The position numbers and the translations under genes are program-made. Below the pieces are notes generated by a model. The model was not told where the DNA came from. It did no database searches and saw nothing but the letters and a program-made list of their open reading frames with translations. A stretch of 41,024 nucleotides of DNA from Elusimicrobiota bacterium (GTDB lineage: Bacteria; Elusimicrobiota; Elusimicrobia; UBA1565): positions 1 to 41,024 of the forward strand of contig JBDRPD010000046.1 in NCBI GenBank assembly GCA_043827405.1, in the 5' to 3' direction. How positions within the stretch are numbered: the first letter of the stretch is position 1; each line of letters starts with the position of its first letter. Shown here piece after piece: positions 15,301 through 23,865 of the stretch.

Positions 15301-17601
15301 CTAAATCCCCTCTTTATCGAGGTTGATTTGGGGGTAGTGTTTGCGCAGGTGATCTTCGATCCGTTCGAAATGAATCGTCCAGCGGTTGGTGCCCTCGGGC
15401 TTATGGATGAACTCCATGCTTTCAAGCACGCTGAGGATATTGGTGGCCCGCGCCGAGGAACCGAACTGCGACTTCAGCAGGTCCTGGCTGACGCGGCGGC
15501 GCTTGAGGACCAGGATCAGCGCCTTGGTGAAGTGCAGCGGCTCGACGCCGAATTCGGCGAGCCGGGCCTCGCCCACCGGCGCGACCATGCCGTCGAGCAG
15601 CGGATAGTCGGGCTTGCCCTGCCCCTTGAGATACTCGACCAGCTTCGCGATTTCCGCGGTATCGACGAAGCTGCCTTGGATGCGCACCGGAGTCATGCCG
15701 GCGTTCATGTACAGCGCGTCGCCCCGGCCGAGCAGGGATTCCGCGCCCTTGCCGTCCAGGATGACCTTGGAGTTGACCTGGCCGGTCACGCGCATGGCGA
15801 CGCGCGTCGGCAGGTTGGCCTTGATTATGCCGGTTACCACGTCGACCGAGGGCCGCTGGGTCGAGATGACCAGATGGATGCCGACGGCGCGCGCCATCTG
15901 CGTCAGCCGCTGCACCGAGTCCTCGACCACGTCGCGCGCGACCAGCATGAGGTCGGCGAGCTCGTCGATGACGACGACGATGTAGAAATCTCCCTTTTCT
16001 CCGCGCTTGGCGGCGAGCTGGTTGAACTGGCGGATATCCTGGACCTTCCACACCTGATACTTTTCCAAACGGTCTTCCATCACCAAGGTCAGCGACTTCA
16101 GCGCCGCCGCCGCCTTTTTGGGCGTCGTGATAACCTGCACCTCGCTGGGCGGCAGCTTGGGGTCGTAGAGGTGCGGGATGCCCTCGTAGCGCGACAGCTC
16201 GACCCGCTTGGGATCGATGAGGACGAACTTCACCTGGTCGGGGCGCTGGCGGAAGAGGATGGAAGCGATCAGCGAGTGAACCATGACGCTCTTGCCGCTG
16301 TTGGTCGTGCCGGCGATGAGGATATGCGGCATGGTCTGGACATCGGCGGTTAGCGGCTGCCCCTCCGAGCTCAGCCCCAGGGCGAAGGCGAGCGGCGCGC
16401 CTTTTTTCGGCATGGCGTCCGACTCGAGGATATGACGCAGCGTTACGATGGCCGGCCGCTGGTTGGGGACTTCGATGCCGATAGCCGGCATGCCGGGAAT
16501 CGGGGCGATCATGCGGATGCTGCGCGCCTCCATCGCCAAAGCGATGTCGTTTTCGCGCGCCGTGATGGTGCTGACCTTGACCCCCGGGGCGGGACGAACC
16601 TCGTAGCGGGTGATGACAGGGCCGGGGCTGACGCCGGTGACTTTGGCGTCGATCTTAAAGTTCGCCAAGGCGGTTTCGAGGCTCAGCACGGCGGCCTGGA
16701 TTTCGGCTTCGCTGGGGCGGCCCGCTTCCGCCTGCGAGTTTACCGCCTGCAGGATGTCGAGCGGCGGCAGCTTGAACGGCTTGTCGCCGGGCAGCGGCTC
16801 GGCCCCGCGCACGGCCTCTTCCCGCTTGGGCGGCGGCGGGCTCGCGGGCAGCTCCTTTACCGCCGCCGGGACGCGGGTCTTATCCGCCGGTTCCGGCTCA
16901 GCGGCCGGGATAGCTTCCTTGTGCTTCGCCGCCTCCGGCGCCGGGATGATGCGCGGCGCGGCCGCGGCCTTGGCCGCGATATGCTTCTTCGCGGCCTCGG
17001 CCAGCATGTCCTTGAACTCGCGGCGCGTTGCGCGCCAGCTCCGGTAGTCGTCGGAGAACGTCTTCAGGGTTTTCTTGAGCAGCGGGATCCAGGAGATATC
17101 GAAAAGTATCTGCACGCCGAGCAGCGCGATGCAAAGCGCGACGAAAAAGCCGCCGAAAAATCCGATGGATGATGCGAGAACGCCGGCGAGGGCTCTTCCG
17201 GCCTCCCCCCCCATTCTCGCGGCATCAGCGCCGCCGGAGATGACGCGGCCGAGCAGGCCGAGAAACAGAACGGCGGAAAGTTCCAGCAGCACCGCGCCGG
17301 CGGCCAGGCTGATGAGACCCTTGGCGTCCTCATTGCGGAAATACCAGAAGAGCCCGTAGATCAGCAGCAGCGGGAGCAGCAGGGAAGCGCCGCCGAGAAA
17401 GCCGTTGAGCGCGCCGTTGACAGCTTGGCCGACTTGCCCCGATGATTCGGGGACAAAGAGCGACCATATCAGAAAGATCGTACAGAAAAGGACCGCCAGC
17501 CAGCGGGCCGCGTGGAGGAGCTTGGAGCCCCCCTTCTTCTTCGCGCGCTTAGCCGATTTTCTCAGCGCAAACACGGGGCTCCGCGGGAGCGTCCGAATCA
17601 T
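15301..17601 (-). CDS. ftsK: DNA translocase FtsK/SpoIIIE
   Basis: N-terminal TM helices, GPVITRYE, MPHILIAGTTNSGKS, IDPKRVEL, IDELADLM, STQRPSVDV, GAESLLGRGD. Exact start uncertain. Confidence 0.93.
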   Translation of the reverse strand: MIRTLPRSPVFALRKSAKRAKKKGGSKLLHAARWLAVLFCTIFLIWSLFVPESSGQVGQAVNGALNGFLGGASLLLPLLLIYGLFWYFRNEDAKGLISLAAGAVLLELSAVLFLGLLGRVISGGADAARMGGEAGRALAGVLASSIGFFGGFFVALCIALLGVQILFDISWIPLLKKTLKTFSDDYRSWRATRREFKDMLAEAAKKHIAAKAAAAPRIIPAPEAAKHKEAIPAAEPEPADKTRVPAAVKELPASPPPPKREEAVRGAEPLPGDKPFKLPPLDILQAVNSQAEAGRPSEAEIQAAVLSLETALANFKIDAKVTGVSPGPVITRYEVRPAPGVKVSTITARENDIALAMEARSIRMIAPIPGMPAIGIEVPNQRPAIVTLRHILESDAMPKKGAPLAFALGLSSEGQPLTADVQTMPHILIAGTTNSGKSVMVHSLIASILFRQRPDQVKFVLIDPKRVELSRYEGIPHLYDPKLPPSEVQVITTPKKAAAALKSLTLVMEDRLEKYQVWKVQDIRQFNQLAAKRGEKGDFYIVVVIDELADLMLVARDVVEDSVQRLTQMARAVGIHLVISTQRPSVDVVTGIIKANLPTRVAMRVTGQVNSKVILDGKGAESLLGRGDALYMNAGMTPVRIQGSFVDTAEIAKLVEYLKGQGKPDYPLLDGMVAPVGEARLAEFGVEPLHFTKALILVLKRRRVSQDLLKSQFGSSARATNILSVLESMEFIHKPEGTNRWTIHFERIEDHLRKHYPQINLDKEGI

Positions 17602-17821
17602 CCGCCGTTACCGGCTCGACGATATAGGTCAGGCTGTCCGGCCGCATGCGGATGCTGCGGCGCTCCAACAGCGCGCCGAGCGCCAGGTGCAGCCGGGTGT
17701 GCGGCATATTCAGCGCCATCTTGAGTTCCCAGGCCGTCGCGGGTTTTCCGGCGGCCTGGAGGACGTCCATGACTTTCCGCGCGGCGGCGTCGACTTCGGC
17801 TCGGATATCGTCGCCGCTCAT
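17549..17821 (-). CDS. Small winged-helix protein (DUF2582-like)
   Basis: AARKVMDVL...WELK...LHLALGALLERRSI pattern; ATGA-coupled to accB stop. Confidence 0.6.
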   Translation of the reverse strand: MSGDDIRAEVDAAARKVMDVLQAAGKPATAWELKMALNMPHTRLHLALGALLERRSIRMRPDSLTYIVEPVTADDSDAPAEPRVCAEKIG

Positions 17822-18354
17822 GACGGGGCGATGAAGAACAGGTCTTGGCCGACTTTGACCGACTTGCCGTCCTCGACGCAGACGCCGCTCACGACGCCGC
17901 CGATATCCGACTTGACGTCGTTGAAGACCTTCATCGCCTCGATGAGGCAGATTACGTCGCCCTTTTTGATGGTGTCGCCTTCCTTGAAGAAGGGCGGGCT
18001 CGAAGGCGACGCGGCGCGGTAGAATATCCCCATCATCGGCGCCTTGATAACGCGCATCCCGGCCGGGACGGCGGGAGCTCCCGGCGGGGCGGCCGCCGGC
18101 TGCGCGGGTGCGGCCGCCGGAGCTGCGGAGGCCGGCGCGAAGGCCGCCACGGGCACGGGCACCGGGACGGTCGCGGCCGACTTGCGCAGCAGGCGGATGT
18201 GGAAGTCTTTCTTGTCGAGCTCGACCGACTGCAGGTTGTTGTCCTGCATGAAGCCGTAAACATCCTGCAGTTCCTTAAGCGCGCCCGTACCGCTTTTGGG
18301 CGCGCTGCCGGAAGGCTTCTTGGCCTTCGCTCGCTTAATCTTTTTCTTCGCCAT
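17818..18354 (-). CDS. accB: Acetyl-CoA carboxylase biotin carboxyl carrier protein
   Basis: Ala/Pro linker, IKAPMMGIFYRA.SP, biotinylation motif IEAMKVFN; SD GGAGG upstream. Confidence 0.93.
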   Translation of the reverse strand: MAKKKIKRAKAKKPSGSAPKSGTGALKELQDVYGFMQDNNLQSVELDKKDFHIRLLRKSAATVPVPVPVAAFAPASAAPAAAPAQPAAAPPGAPAVPAGMRVIKAPMMGIFYRAASPSSPPFFKEGDTIKKGDVICLIEAMKVFNDVKSDIGGVVSGVCVEDGKSVKVGQDLFFIAPS

Positions 18355-18396
18355 TCAACCTCCGTGACGGCTGGGTATGACGGATGCCGCCGCGGC

Positions 18397-20685
18397 TTAG
18401 CGGCGCGGACCGCCGGACCGCTCGCGCCTCGGCGGACCGCCGCGCCGCGGGCCGCGATCACCGCCTCTGCCGCCGCCGCCGCTGCCGCCGCGGCTGTCTC
18501 GACGTCCGCCGCCTGCTCCCCGGTTCGGTCCGGGAGAGTCGAGCTCGGATCCGGGGCTGAGCACCGCCTTGCGCGAGAGCCGGACCTTCCCTTCGGGGGA
18601 GACTTCGAGCACCTTGACCTCGACCTCGTCGCCTTCCTTAAGGACGTCCGTGACCTTCTCTACACGCTTCACGTCGATCTGTGAGATATGGAGGAGCCCT
18701 TCCCGTCCGGGCATAATCTCGACGAAGGCGCCGAACTCCACGCAGGAGACCACGCGTCCTTTGTAGATTTTGTTGAGCTCCGGTTCCGCCGTCATCCCTT
18801 CAATCTCAGCCTGCGCTTGTTTGACGGAGTCGGCATCCAGACCGGCGACGAATACGCTGCCGTCGTCCTCGACATCGACGGAAACATCATACTCCTCGCT
18901 CAGCCGCCGGATGTTCTTGCCGCCCGGTCCGATCAGGGCGCCGATCTTGGCCGGCGGAATATGCAGCCGGAGCAGGCGCGGCGCGTTGGCCGCGAGCTCG
19001 CTGCGCGGCGCCGCCAGTACCGCGTCCATCTTGTCCAGGATGTGGAAGCGTCCCGCCTTGGCCTGTGCCATTGCTTCCTTCATGATGTCAATGGTAAGCC
19101 CGCCGATCTTGATGTCCATCTGTATCGTGGTGATGCCGTCGCGGGTGCCGGCGACCTTGAAGTCCATGTCGCCGATATGGTCCTCGAGGCCGGCGATGTC
19201 GGTCAGTACCGCGTACTTCCCGTCCTCCATAAACAGCCCCATCGCCACTCCGGCGCAGGCCGCCTTCAGCGGGACGCCGGCGTCAAACATCGCCAGCGAG
19301 CCGCCGCAGACCGACGCCATCGAGGACGAACCGTTGGACTCCAGGATGTCGGAGACGATGCGGACGGTGTAGGGAAACTCCTCGGGGGGCGGCAGCAGGC
19401 TGACGAGCGCCCGCCGGGCCAGCGTGCCGTGGCCGATGTCGCGCCGGCCCGGGCCGCGCTCCGGCTTGACCTCGCCGACCGAGTAGCCGGGGAAGTTGTA
19501 ATGCAGCATGAAGCGTTCCTTGTAGTCGCCCTCCAGCTCGTCCATAACCTGCATGTCGCCGGGGGTGCCGAGAGTCGCCGATACGAGCGCCTGGGTCTCG
19601 CCGCGGGTGAATACGGCCGAACCGTGGGCGCAGGGCAGGACGGGCATCTGGATGTCGATCGGGCGGACCTCGTCGCACTTGCGGCCGTCGGGGCGCACCT
19701 TCTCCTCGATGATCATCCGGCGGGCTTCGTCGCCCTTGAGATGGTAGAGAACGGTGCCGACGTGGCTTTCCTGACCGGCGAAGGCGGGGTCGCTTTCCGC
19801 TTTCTTTTTGACTTCCTCGATCAGCCGCTCCTGGATCTCCTTGATCCTGTCGTCGAGGTCGTGCTTGCCTTTGTAGCCGGCGCGCAGATGCTTCTTGATC
19901 TCGTCGGTCGCCTGCTCCTTGACGAAGCTGGTGACGGGCTCGACCACCTCGATGACGGGAGCCTGCTTCTTGACGATCTTGCGCCCGGCTTTTACGGACT
20001 CTTCGACGATCCGCTCCTGCAGCGCGCACAGCTTATTGATTTCCTTCTGGGCGAGCTCGAGCGCCTCCACCATAACTTCCTCGGAGAGCCCCGCCGCGCC
20101 GCCCTCGACCATGAGGATCGCGTCCTTCTTGCCGGCGACGATCATTTCCAGGTCCAGGTTCTCGCGCTCGGCGAACGTCGGGAAGAAGATGAACTGCTGG
20201 GTCTCTTTGTCGCGTCCGATGCGCAGGCCGGAAACCGCCTCGGGCAGCGGGATGTCGGAAAGCAGGCAGGATACCGAGCCGCCGGTGATGCTCAGGGGGC
20301 CGGCATCGTTCTCCCCGTCCATGGAGATGAGCAGGGAATAGATCATGGTGTCGTAGCGCCAGTTTTCGGGAAGCATCGGGCGGATGGGCCGATCGGTCAT
20401 CCGCGCGTTGAGCACTTCCTTGTCGCGGGGGCGCGTCTCGCGCTTGAAGAAGCCGCCGGGAATTTTCCCCGCGGCGTAGGTGCGCTCGCGGTACTCAACC
20501 GACATGGGAAGGAACGGGACGTCGCGTATGTTCTTGGAGGCGGTCGCCGTGGTCAGCAGCGCCGTGCCGCCCAGGTGGATGGTTACGGCGCCGCCCGCCT
20601 GCTTGGCCAGCGTGCCGGTCTGAATGGTGATTTCCTTCCCGCCGATATTTTCCGACAATGAAATCTTCTGAATTTGATTGCTCAT
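18397..20685 (-). CDS. pnp: Polyribonucleotide nucleotidyltransferase (PNPase)
   Basis: AAGKIPGGFFKRE, DRPIRP, FTRGETQ, ESNGSSSMAS, GDMDFKVAGT, KH (IGPGGKNI) and S1 domains. Confidence 0.97.
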   Translation of the reverse strand: MSNQIQKISLSENIGGKEITIQTGTLAKQAGGAVTIHLGGTALLTTATASKNIRDVPFLPMSVEYRERTYAAGKIPGGFFKRETRPRDKEVLNARMTDRPIRPMLPENWRYDTMIYSLLISMDGENDAGPLSITGGSVSCLLSDIPLPEAVSGLRIGRDKETQQFIFFPTFAERENLDLEMIVAGKKDAILMVEGGAAGLSEEVMVEALELAQKEINKLCALQERIVEESVKAGRKIVKKQAPVIEVVEPVTSFVKEQATDEIKKHLRAGYKGKHDLDDRIKEIQERLIEEVKKKAESDPAFAGQESHVGTVLYHLKGDEARRMIIEEKVRPDGRKCDEVRPIDIQMPVLPCAHGSAVFTRGETQALVSATLGTPGDMQVMDELEGDYKERFMLHYNFPGYSVGEVKPERGPGRRDIGHGTLARRALVSLLPPPEEFPYTVRIVSDILESNGSSSMASVCGGSLAMFDAGVPLKAACAGVAMGLFMEDGKYAVLTDIAGLEDHIGDMDFKVAGTRDGITTIQMDIKIGGLTIDIMKEAMAQAKAGRFHILDKMDAVLAAPRSELAANAPRLLRLHIPPAKIGALIGPGGKNIRRLSEEYDVSVDVEDDGSVFVAGLDADSVKQAQAEIEGMTAEPELNKIYKGRVVSCVEFGAFVEIMPGREGLLHISQIDVKRVEKVTDVLKEGDEVEVKVLEVSPEGKVRLSRKAVLSPGSELDSPGPNRGAGGGRRDSRGGSGGGGRGGDRGPRRGGPPRRERSGGPRR

Positions 20686-20763
20686 ATATTTACCTGTTAT
20701 GTTTTTTGGAGATAAACGAAATCCCGGAAGGTCTGCGGCGTGGACGACAATGGCGGTCCGCGC

Positions 20764-21033
20764 CTACTTCCGAAGGTTAAGTTCTTTGAGGATGCTCGCG
20801 TATGCGGGCAGGTCGCGCTTCTTAAGGTAGCCTAAGAGACGCCGGCGCTGTCCTACGAGTATCATGAGCCCCCTCTGGGTGGCATAATCCTTTTTGTGCT
20901 TCTTAAGGTGGCTCGATATTTCCGCGATGCGTTCGGTGATAAGGGCTATCTGAACTGGTGCGGAACCTGTATTCTTGGCAGATTTGCCAAATTTCGTTGT
21001 TATCTCAGATTTTTTCTTTTTCGTGATTGCCAT
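20764..21033 (-). CDS. rpsO: 30S ribosomal protein S15
   Basis: TGSAPVQIALITERI..HLKKHKKD...RGL...VGQRRRLLGYL; upstream of pnp. Confidence 0.97.
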   Translation of the reverse strand: MAITKKKKSEITTKFGKSAKNTGSAPVQIALITERIAEISSHLKKHKKDYATQRGLMILVGQRRRLLGYLKKRDLPAYASILKELNLRK

Positions 21034-21042
21034 GTTTGCATC

Positions 21043-21072
21043 ATTTTACCACATGGGCGGCATGTAAAGCAA
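21043..21072 (-). promoter_or_regulatory. Predicted sigma70 promoter for rpsO-pnp
   Basis: Minus strand TTGCTT-N18-TAAAAT with extended -10 TG, 9 nt before ATG; ACATG-N5-CATGT palindrome in the spacer. Confidence 0.6.
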
Positions 21073-21080
21073 TTGCCGGA

Positions 21081-22352
21081 CTAAGGCTTGTTTCTAAGCG
21101 CCCGCCAGAGAAGAAAAAGCGCCGTCTGAACCGCTCTTTTCCGGACGCCGGCCCGGCGGCCCGGGAAATGGAAGCGGTAGGTGCGCACGCGAACGCCTCC
21201 GCGGCGGCCCGCGAAAGCCAGCCCGATGTAGGTCCAGCCGACCGGTTTGGCCCGGGTTCCGCCTCCGGGACCGGCGGTGCCGGTGATGGAAATTGCGGTG
21301 TCGGCGCCCAGCTTTCTGAGCGCGCCGGCGGCCATTTCATGCGCGCAGGCGGAAGAGACGGCCCCGTACCGCTTGAGAGTGCGCTCGGCAACCCCCAGCA
21401 GCGAGGTCTTGATCTCGTTGGCGTAGGCGACGACGCCGCCGGCGAAATAATCGGAGCTCCCCGCGATGTCGGTCAGGTTCTTGGCGAGGAGCCCGCCGCT
21501 GCAGGATTCCGCGGTCGCCAGCCGCCGGCGCCGGCGCCGCAGCAGCTCGCCGACGGCGGATTCAAGAGTGTCGTCGTCGAGGCCGAAGAGATGCCGGCGC
21601 ATGATGCGGCGAACGCGCGCTTCCACCTCGCGTAGACGGCGGCCGCATTCGACCGCGGATGCGGCGCTTGCCGCCGTATGCAGCGATACGTGGCCGAGGC
21701 CCGCCAAAATGGTGAACTCCACGCCCGGGGCCGGACGATCCAGCAGCGGCCGCAGCAGCTTGTCGGCCGCGGCCTCGCTTAGACCGCAGAACCGGAATAC
21801 GCGCTCGCGCCGCCGCCGCTTCGCGCCGAGCCGCCGGCGCAGCAGCGGCAGAATGTCCCGCTCAAACAGTGCGCTCATCTCAAGGAATGGTCCGGGCAGC
21901 AGGGCGACGCACTTGAAGGGCCGCTGGGAAAGCGTAATAAGCTGGCCGGGCGCCGAGCCCCGCGGATTGTCCAGCGCCCGGGCGCCCTTGAGCAGCCAGG
22001 CCTGGCGCTTGTTGTTGGCAGGCACGGCCATGCCGTAGCGGCGGAACTTCCGGCAGATTTTGCCATAGAGCGCGGGCTGGTAGCGCAGCGGCCGCCCCAG
22101 CGCATCAGCGCAGGCTTCCCGGGTGATGTCGTCGAAGGTCGGGCCGAGCCCGCCGCAGACGATAACCGCGTCGGCCCGGGCGGCGGCGTCCCGTACGGCG
22201 GCGGCGATGCGGACCGGATCATCGACGACGGTGATCTCGCACGGGATCTCGAGGCCGGCGGCGAGCAGCTTGGGCGTCAGATAGGATACGTGCGTATTGG
22301 TCTTGCCGGTGAGCAATTCCGTGCCGACGCAGATGATCTCGGCGCGAGCCAC
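21081..22352 (-). CDS. cinA: Competence/damage-inducible protein CinA (MoCF-like + NMN deamidase PncC)
   Basis: AEIICVGTELLTG, GGLGPTFDDITRE, LLPGP..EM, ATAESCSGG, GVVAYANEIK, ITGTAGPGG, KPVG. Confidence 0.93.
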   Translation of the reverse strand: MARAEIICVGTELLTGKTNTHVSYLTPKLLAAGLEIPCEITVVDDPVRIAAAVRDAAARADAVIVCGGLGPTFDDITREACADALGRPLRYQPALYGKICRKFRRYGMAVPANNKRQAWLLKGARALDNPRGSAPGQLITLSQRPFKCVALLPGPFLEMSALFERDILPLLRRRLGAKRRRRERVFRFCGLSEAAADKLLRPLLDRPAPGVEFTILAGLGHVSLHTAASAASAVECGRRLREVEARVRRIMRRHLFGLDDDTLESAVGELLRRRRRRLATAESCSGGLLAKNLTDIAGSSDYFAGGVVAYANEIKTSLLGVAERTLKRYGAVSSACAHEMAAGALRKLGADTAISITGTAGPGGGTRAKPVGWTYIGLAFAGRRGGVRVRTYRFHFPGRRAGVRKRAVQTALFLLWRALRNKP

Positions 22353-22357
22353 CGGAC

Positions 22358-22663
22358 TTACTGGTAGTAGTCGGACGGCTGGTTGAGCGCGTTCGGCGGC
22401 GCTTCGGCGGCGACCGGTCCGAACCGCGCCTCGTACTTCACAATATTCTCCTGCAGCGCTGCGACAAAGCGCTTGGCATGCGCGGGAGACGTGATGATGC
22501 GGGTCTGGACCTTGGTCTTGGCGGAATGCGGCTGCAGAAAGGTGAAATCCAGCACAAATTCCGTCTCCGAGTGGGAAATAAAAGCGAGATTCGAATAGAC
22601 GCCGCGGGCGGTCTCTTCGTCGATCTCGATCTTAATCTCGGCCGGTCGCGGTTGCTCGCTCAT
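22358..22663 (-). CDS. DUF3467 family protein
   Basis: IEIDEETARGVYSNLAFISHSETEFVLDF...RIITSPAHAKRF..AL.ENI.KYE..FG; start placed at ATG 22663. Confidence 0.85.
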   Translation of the reverse strand: MSEQPRPAEIKIEIDEETARGVYSNLAFISHSETEFVLDFTFLQPHSAKTKVQTRIITSPAHAKRFVAALQENIVKYEARFGPVAAEAPPNALNQPSDYYQ

Positions 22664-22668
22664 CTTCA

Positions 22669-22766
22669 GGTACCGTTTATTAACATTAACTTTCGTGCGC
22701 GCTGACATCGTAGCATTTTCCACGATAAATGGATTATCGCGAAAGTTAATGTTAATAAACGGTACC
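22669..22766. repeat. Perfect 27-bp inverted repeat flanking a 44-bp spacer
   Basis: GGTACCGTTTATTAACATTAACTTTCG (22669-22695) is the exact reverse complement of CGAAAGTTAATGTTAATAAACGGTACC (22740-22766). Confidence 0.97.
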
Positions 22767-22779
22767 GGAAATAAGGGGG

Positions 22780-22808
22780 TTTGGATTTTCTGCGGTTTTT
22801 GCTATAAT
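22780..22808 (+). promoter_or_regulatory. Predicted sigma70 promoter for gmk operon
   Basis: TTGGAT (22781-22786), 16 nt, then consensus TATAAT (22803-22808) with extended -10 TG. Confidence 0.7.
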
Positions 22809-22842
22809 TTTATGTCATAGTCGCGGAATTGACTCCATATAA

Positions 22843-23457
22843 ATGCCTGAAGGTTTTCTAGTTTTGCTATCCGGGCCGTCCGGCTCGGGTAAGTCAACTA
22901 TCTGTCGCAAATTGCGGCAGCGGGATCGGTCTCTGAAGTATTCCATATCCTGCACTACTCGGCCGCAGCGGCCGAGCGAGCGCGAAGGTAAGGATTACTT
23001 CTTCGTTTCCGCTGCGAAGTTTCGGAGACTGAACAGTAACGGCGCCTTTCTGGAGTCCGCGGTCGTGCACGGGCATCATTATGGGACGCCGAAGACCAAT
23101 ATCGAGAAGCATATTCGCCAAGGCGACGTGGTGCTGCTGGATATCGACGTAATCGGGGCGGAGATTATTCGGCGCAAGCGCGGCAGCAGAGACGTGTCGA
23201 TCTTTTTGCTGCCCCCGACGCTGAATGCCCTGCGGGAGCGGCTGCGCAAGCGCCGGGATACCCAGGATACGATGCAGGAGCGGCTGGCTAACGCGCGCCA
23301 GGAATTCAAGCATACGCAGAAGTACACTTATTGGGTCGTCAACGACAGTCTGCAGACGGCGGTCAAGCAGATCGAGGGCATTATTGCCGCGGAGCGGCTG
23401 AAGCCCAGCCGGCACGCGCTGACGGGGACGAGGCTGGCGAAGCTCGTCCGCAATTGA
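22843..23457 (+). CDS. gmk: Guanylate kinase
   Basis: LSGPSGSGKST, SISCTTRPQRPSEREGKDYFFV, FLE.A.VHGH.YGT, LDIDV.GA, IFLLPP. Confidence 0.96.
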   Translation: MPEGFLVLLSGPSGSGKSTICRKLRQRDRSLKYSISCTTRPQRPSEREGKDYFFVSAAKFRRLNSNGAFLESAVVHGHHYGTPKTNIEKHIRQGDVVLLDIDVIGAEIIRRKRGSRDVSIFLLPPTLNALRERLRKRRDTQDTMQERLANARQEFKHTQKYTYWVVNDSLQTAVKQIEGIIAAERLKPSRHALTGTRLAKLVRN

Positions 23458-23498
23458 ATATCCGGCAGGACCGGTGAATCATTCAGGAGTGTAACTAC

Positions 23499-23864
23499 AT
23501 GGCGGCAAGCGAATCGGCGAAGAAGAAGACCGGGAAGAAGGCGGCGAAAAAAACGGGGAAGGATGCGGCTGAAATGGATGGCGGCAAGGGAAACGGGACG
23601 CCGGACGCCGCGCCGAAGCCTCTGCATGAGCTGATCCTCAACAAGCGCACGGGCAAGTACGAGTGCATCGACCGGATGTCCTTTTGGGCGAAGCAGCTGC
23701 GCAAGAAAGAGGAGAACCGCCATCTCACCCAGACCGAGATCCTCGAGCTGTCGATCTCCGAAGTGCTCAGCGGCAAGGTTGACGGGGCCGAGCTCGACAA
23801 GCTGATGCGCGGAGAGGCGACGAAGGTCAAGAAGCCGGCCCCCGCAGACGACGAGCAGACGTAG
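23499..23864 (+). CDS. rpoZ: Probable divergent RNA polymerase omega subunit
   Basis: Sits between gmk and coaBC; GKYECID....WAKQL...LELSISEVLSGKV resembles omega motifs; SD AGGAG. Confidence 0.6.
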   Translation: MAASESAKKKTGKKAAKKTGKDAAEMDGGKGNGTPDAAPKPLHELILNKRTGKYECIDRMSFWAKQLRKKEENRHLTQTEILELSISEVLSGKVDGAELDKLMRGEATKVKKPAPADDEQT

Positions 23865-23865
23865 C

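Noticed and set aside
18688..20661. 657-aa ORF antisense to pnp, and similar long antisense ORFs over tyrS, ftsK, priA and the DUF2723 genes
   Set aside because: Expected stop-poor shadow frames opposite well-supported genes.
20725..20763. Possible hairpin between rpsO and pnp (RNase III site or terminator)
   Set aside because: Short, mismatched on the coding strand and without a U-tract; not distinguishable from GC-rich background.
22664..22723. N-terminal extension of DUF3467 given in the ORF track
   Set aside because: It runs through the AT-rich inverted repeat and promoter region; ATG 22663 fits the family start better.
22669..22766. CRISPR mini-array or IS ends as the explanation for the 27-bp repeat
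   Set aside because: The copies are inverted rather than direct, there are only two, and no cas gene, transposase or clear target-site duplication is present.
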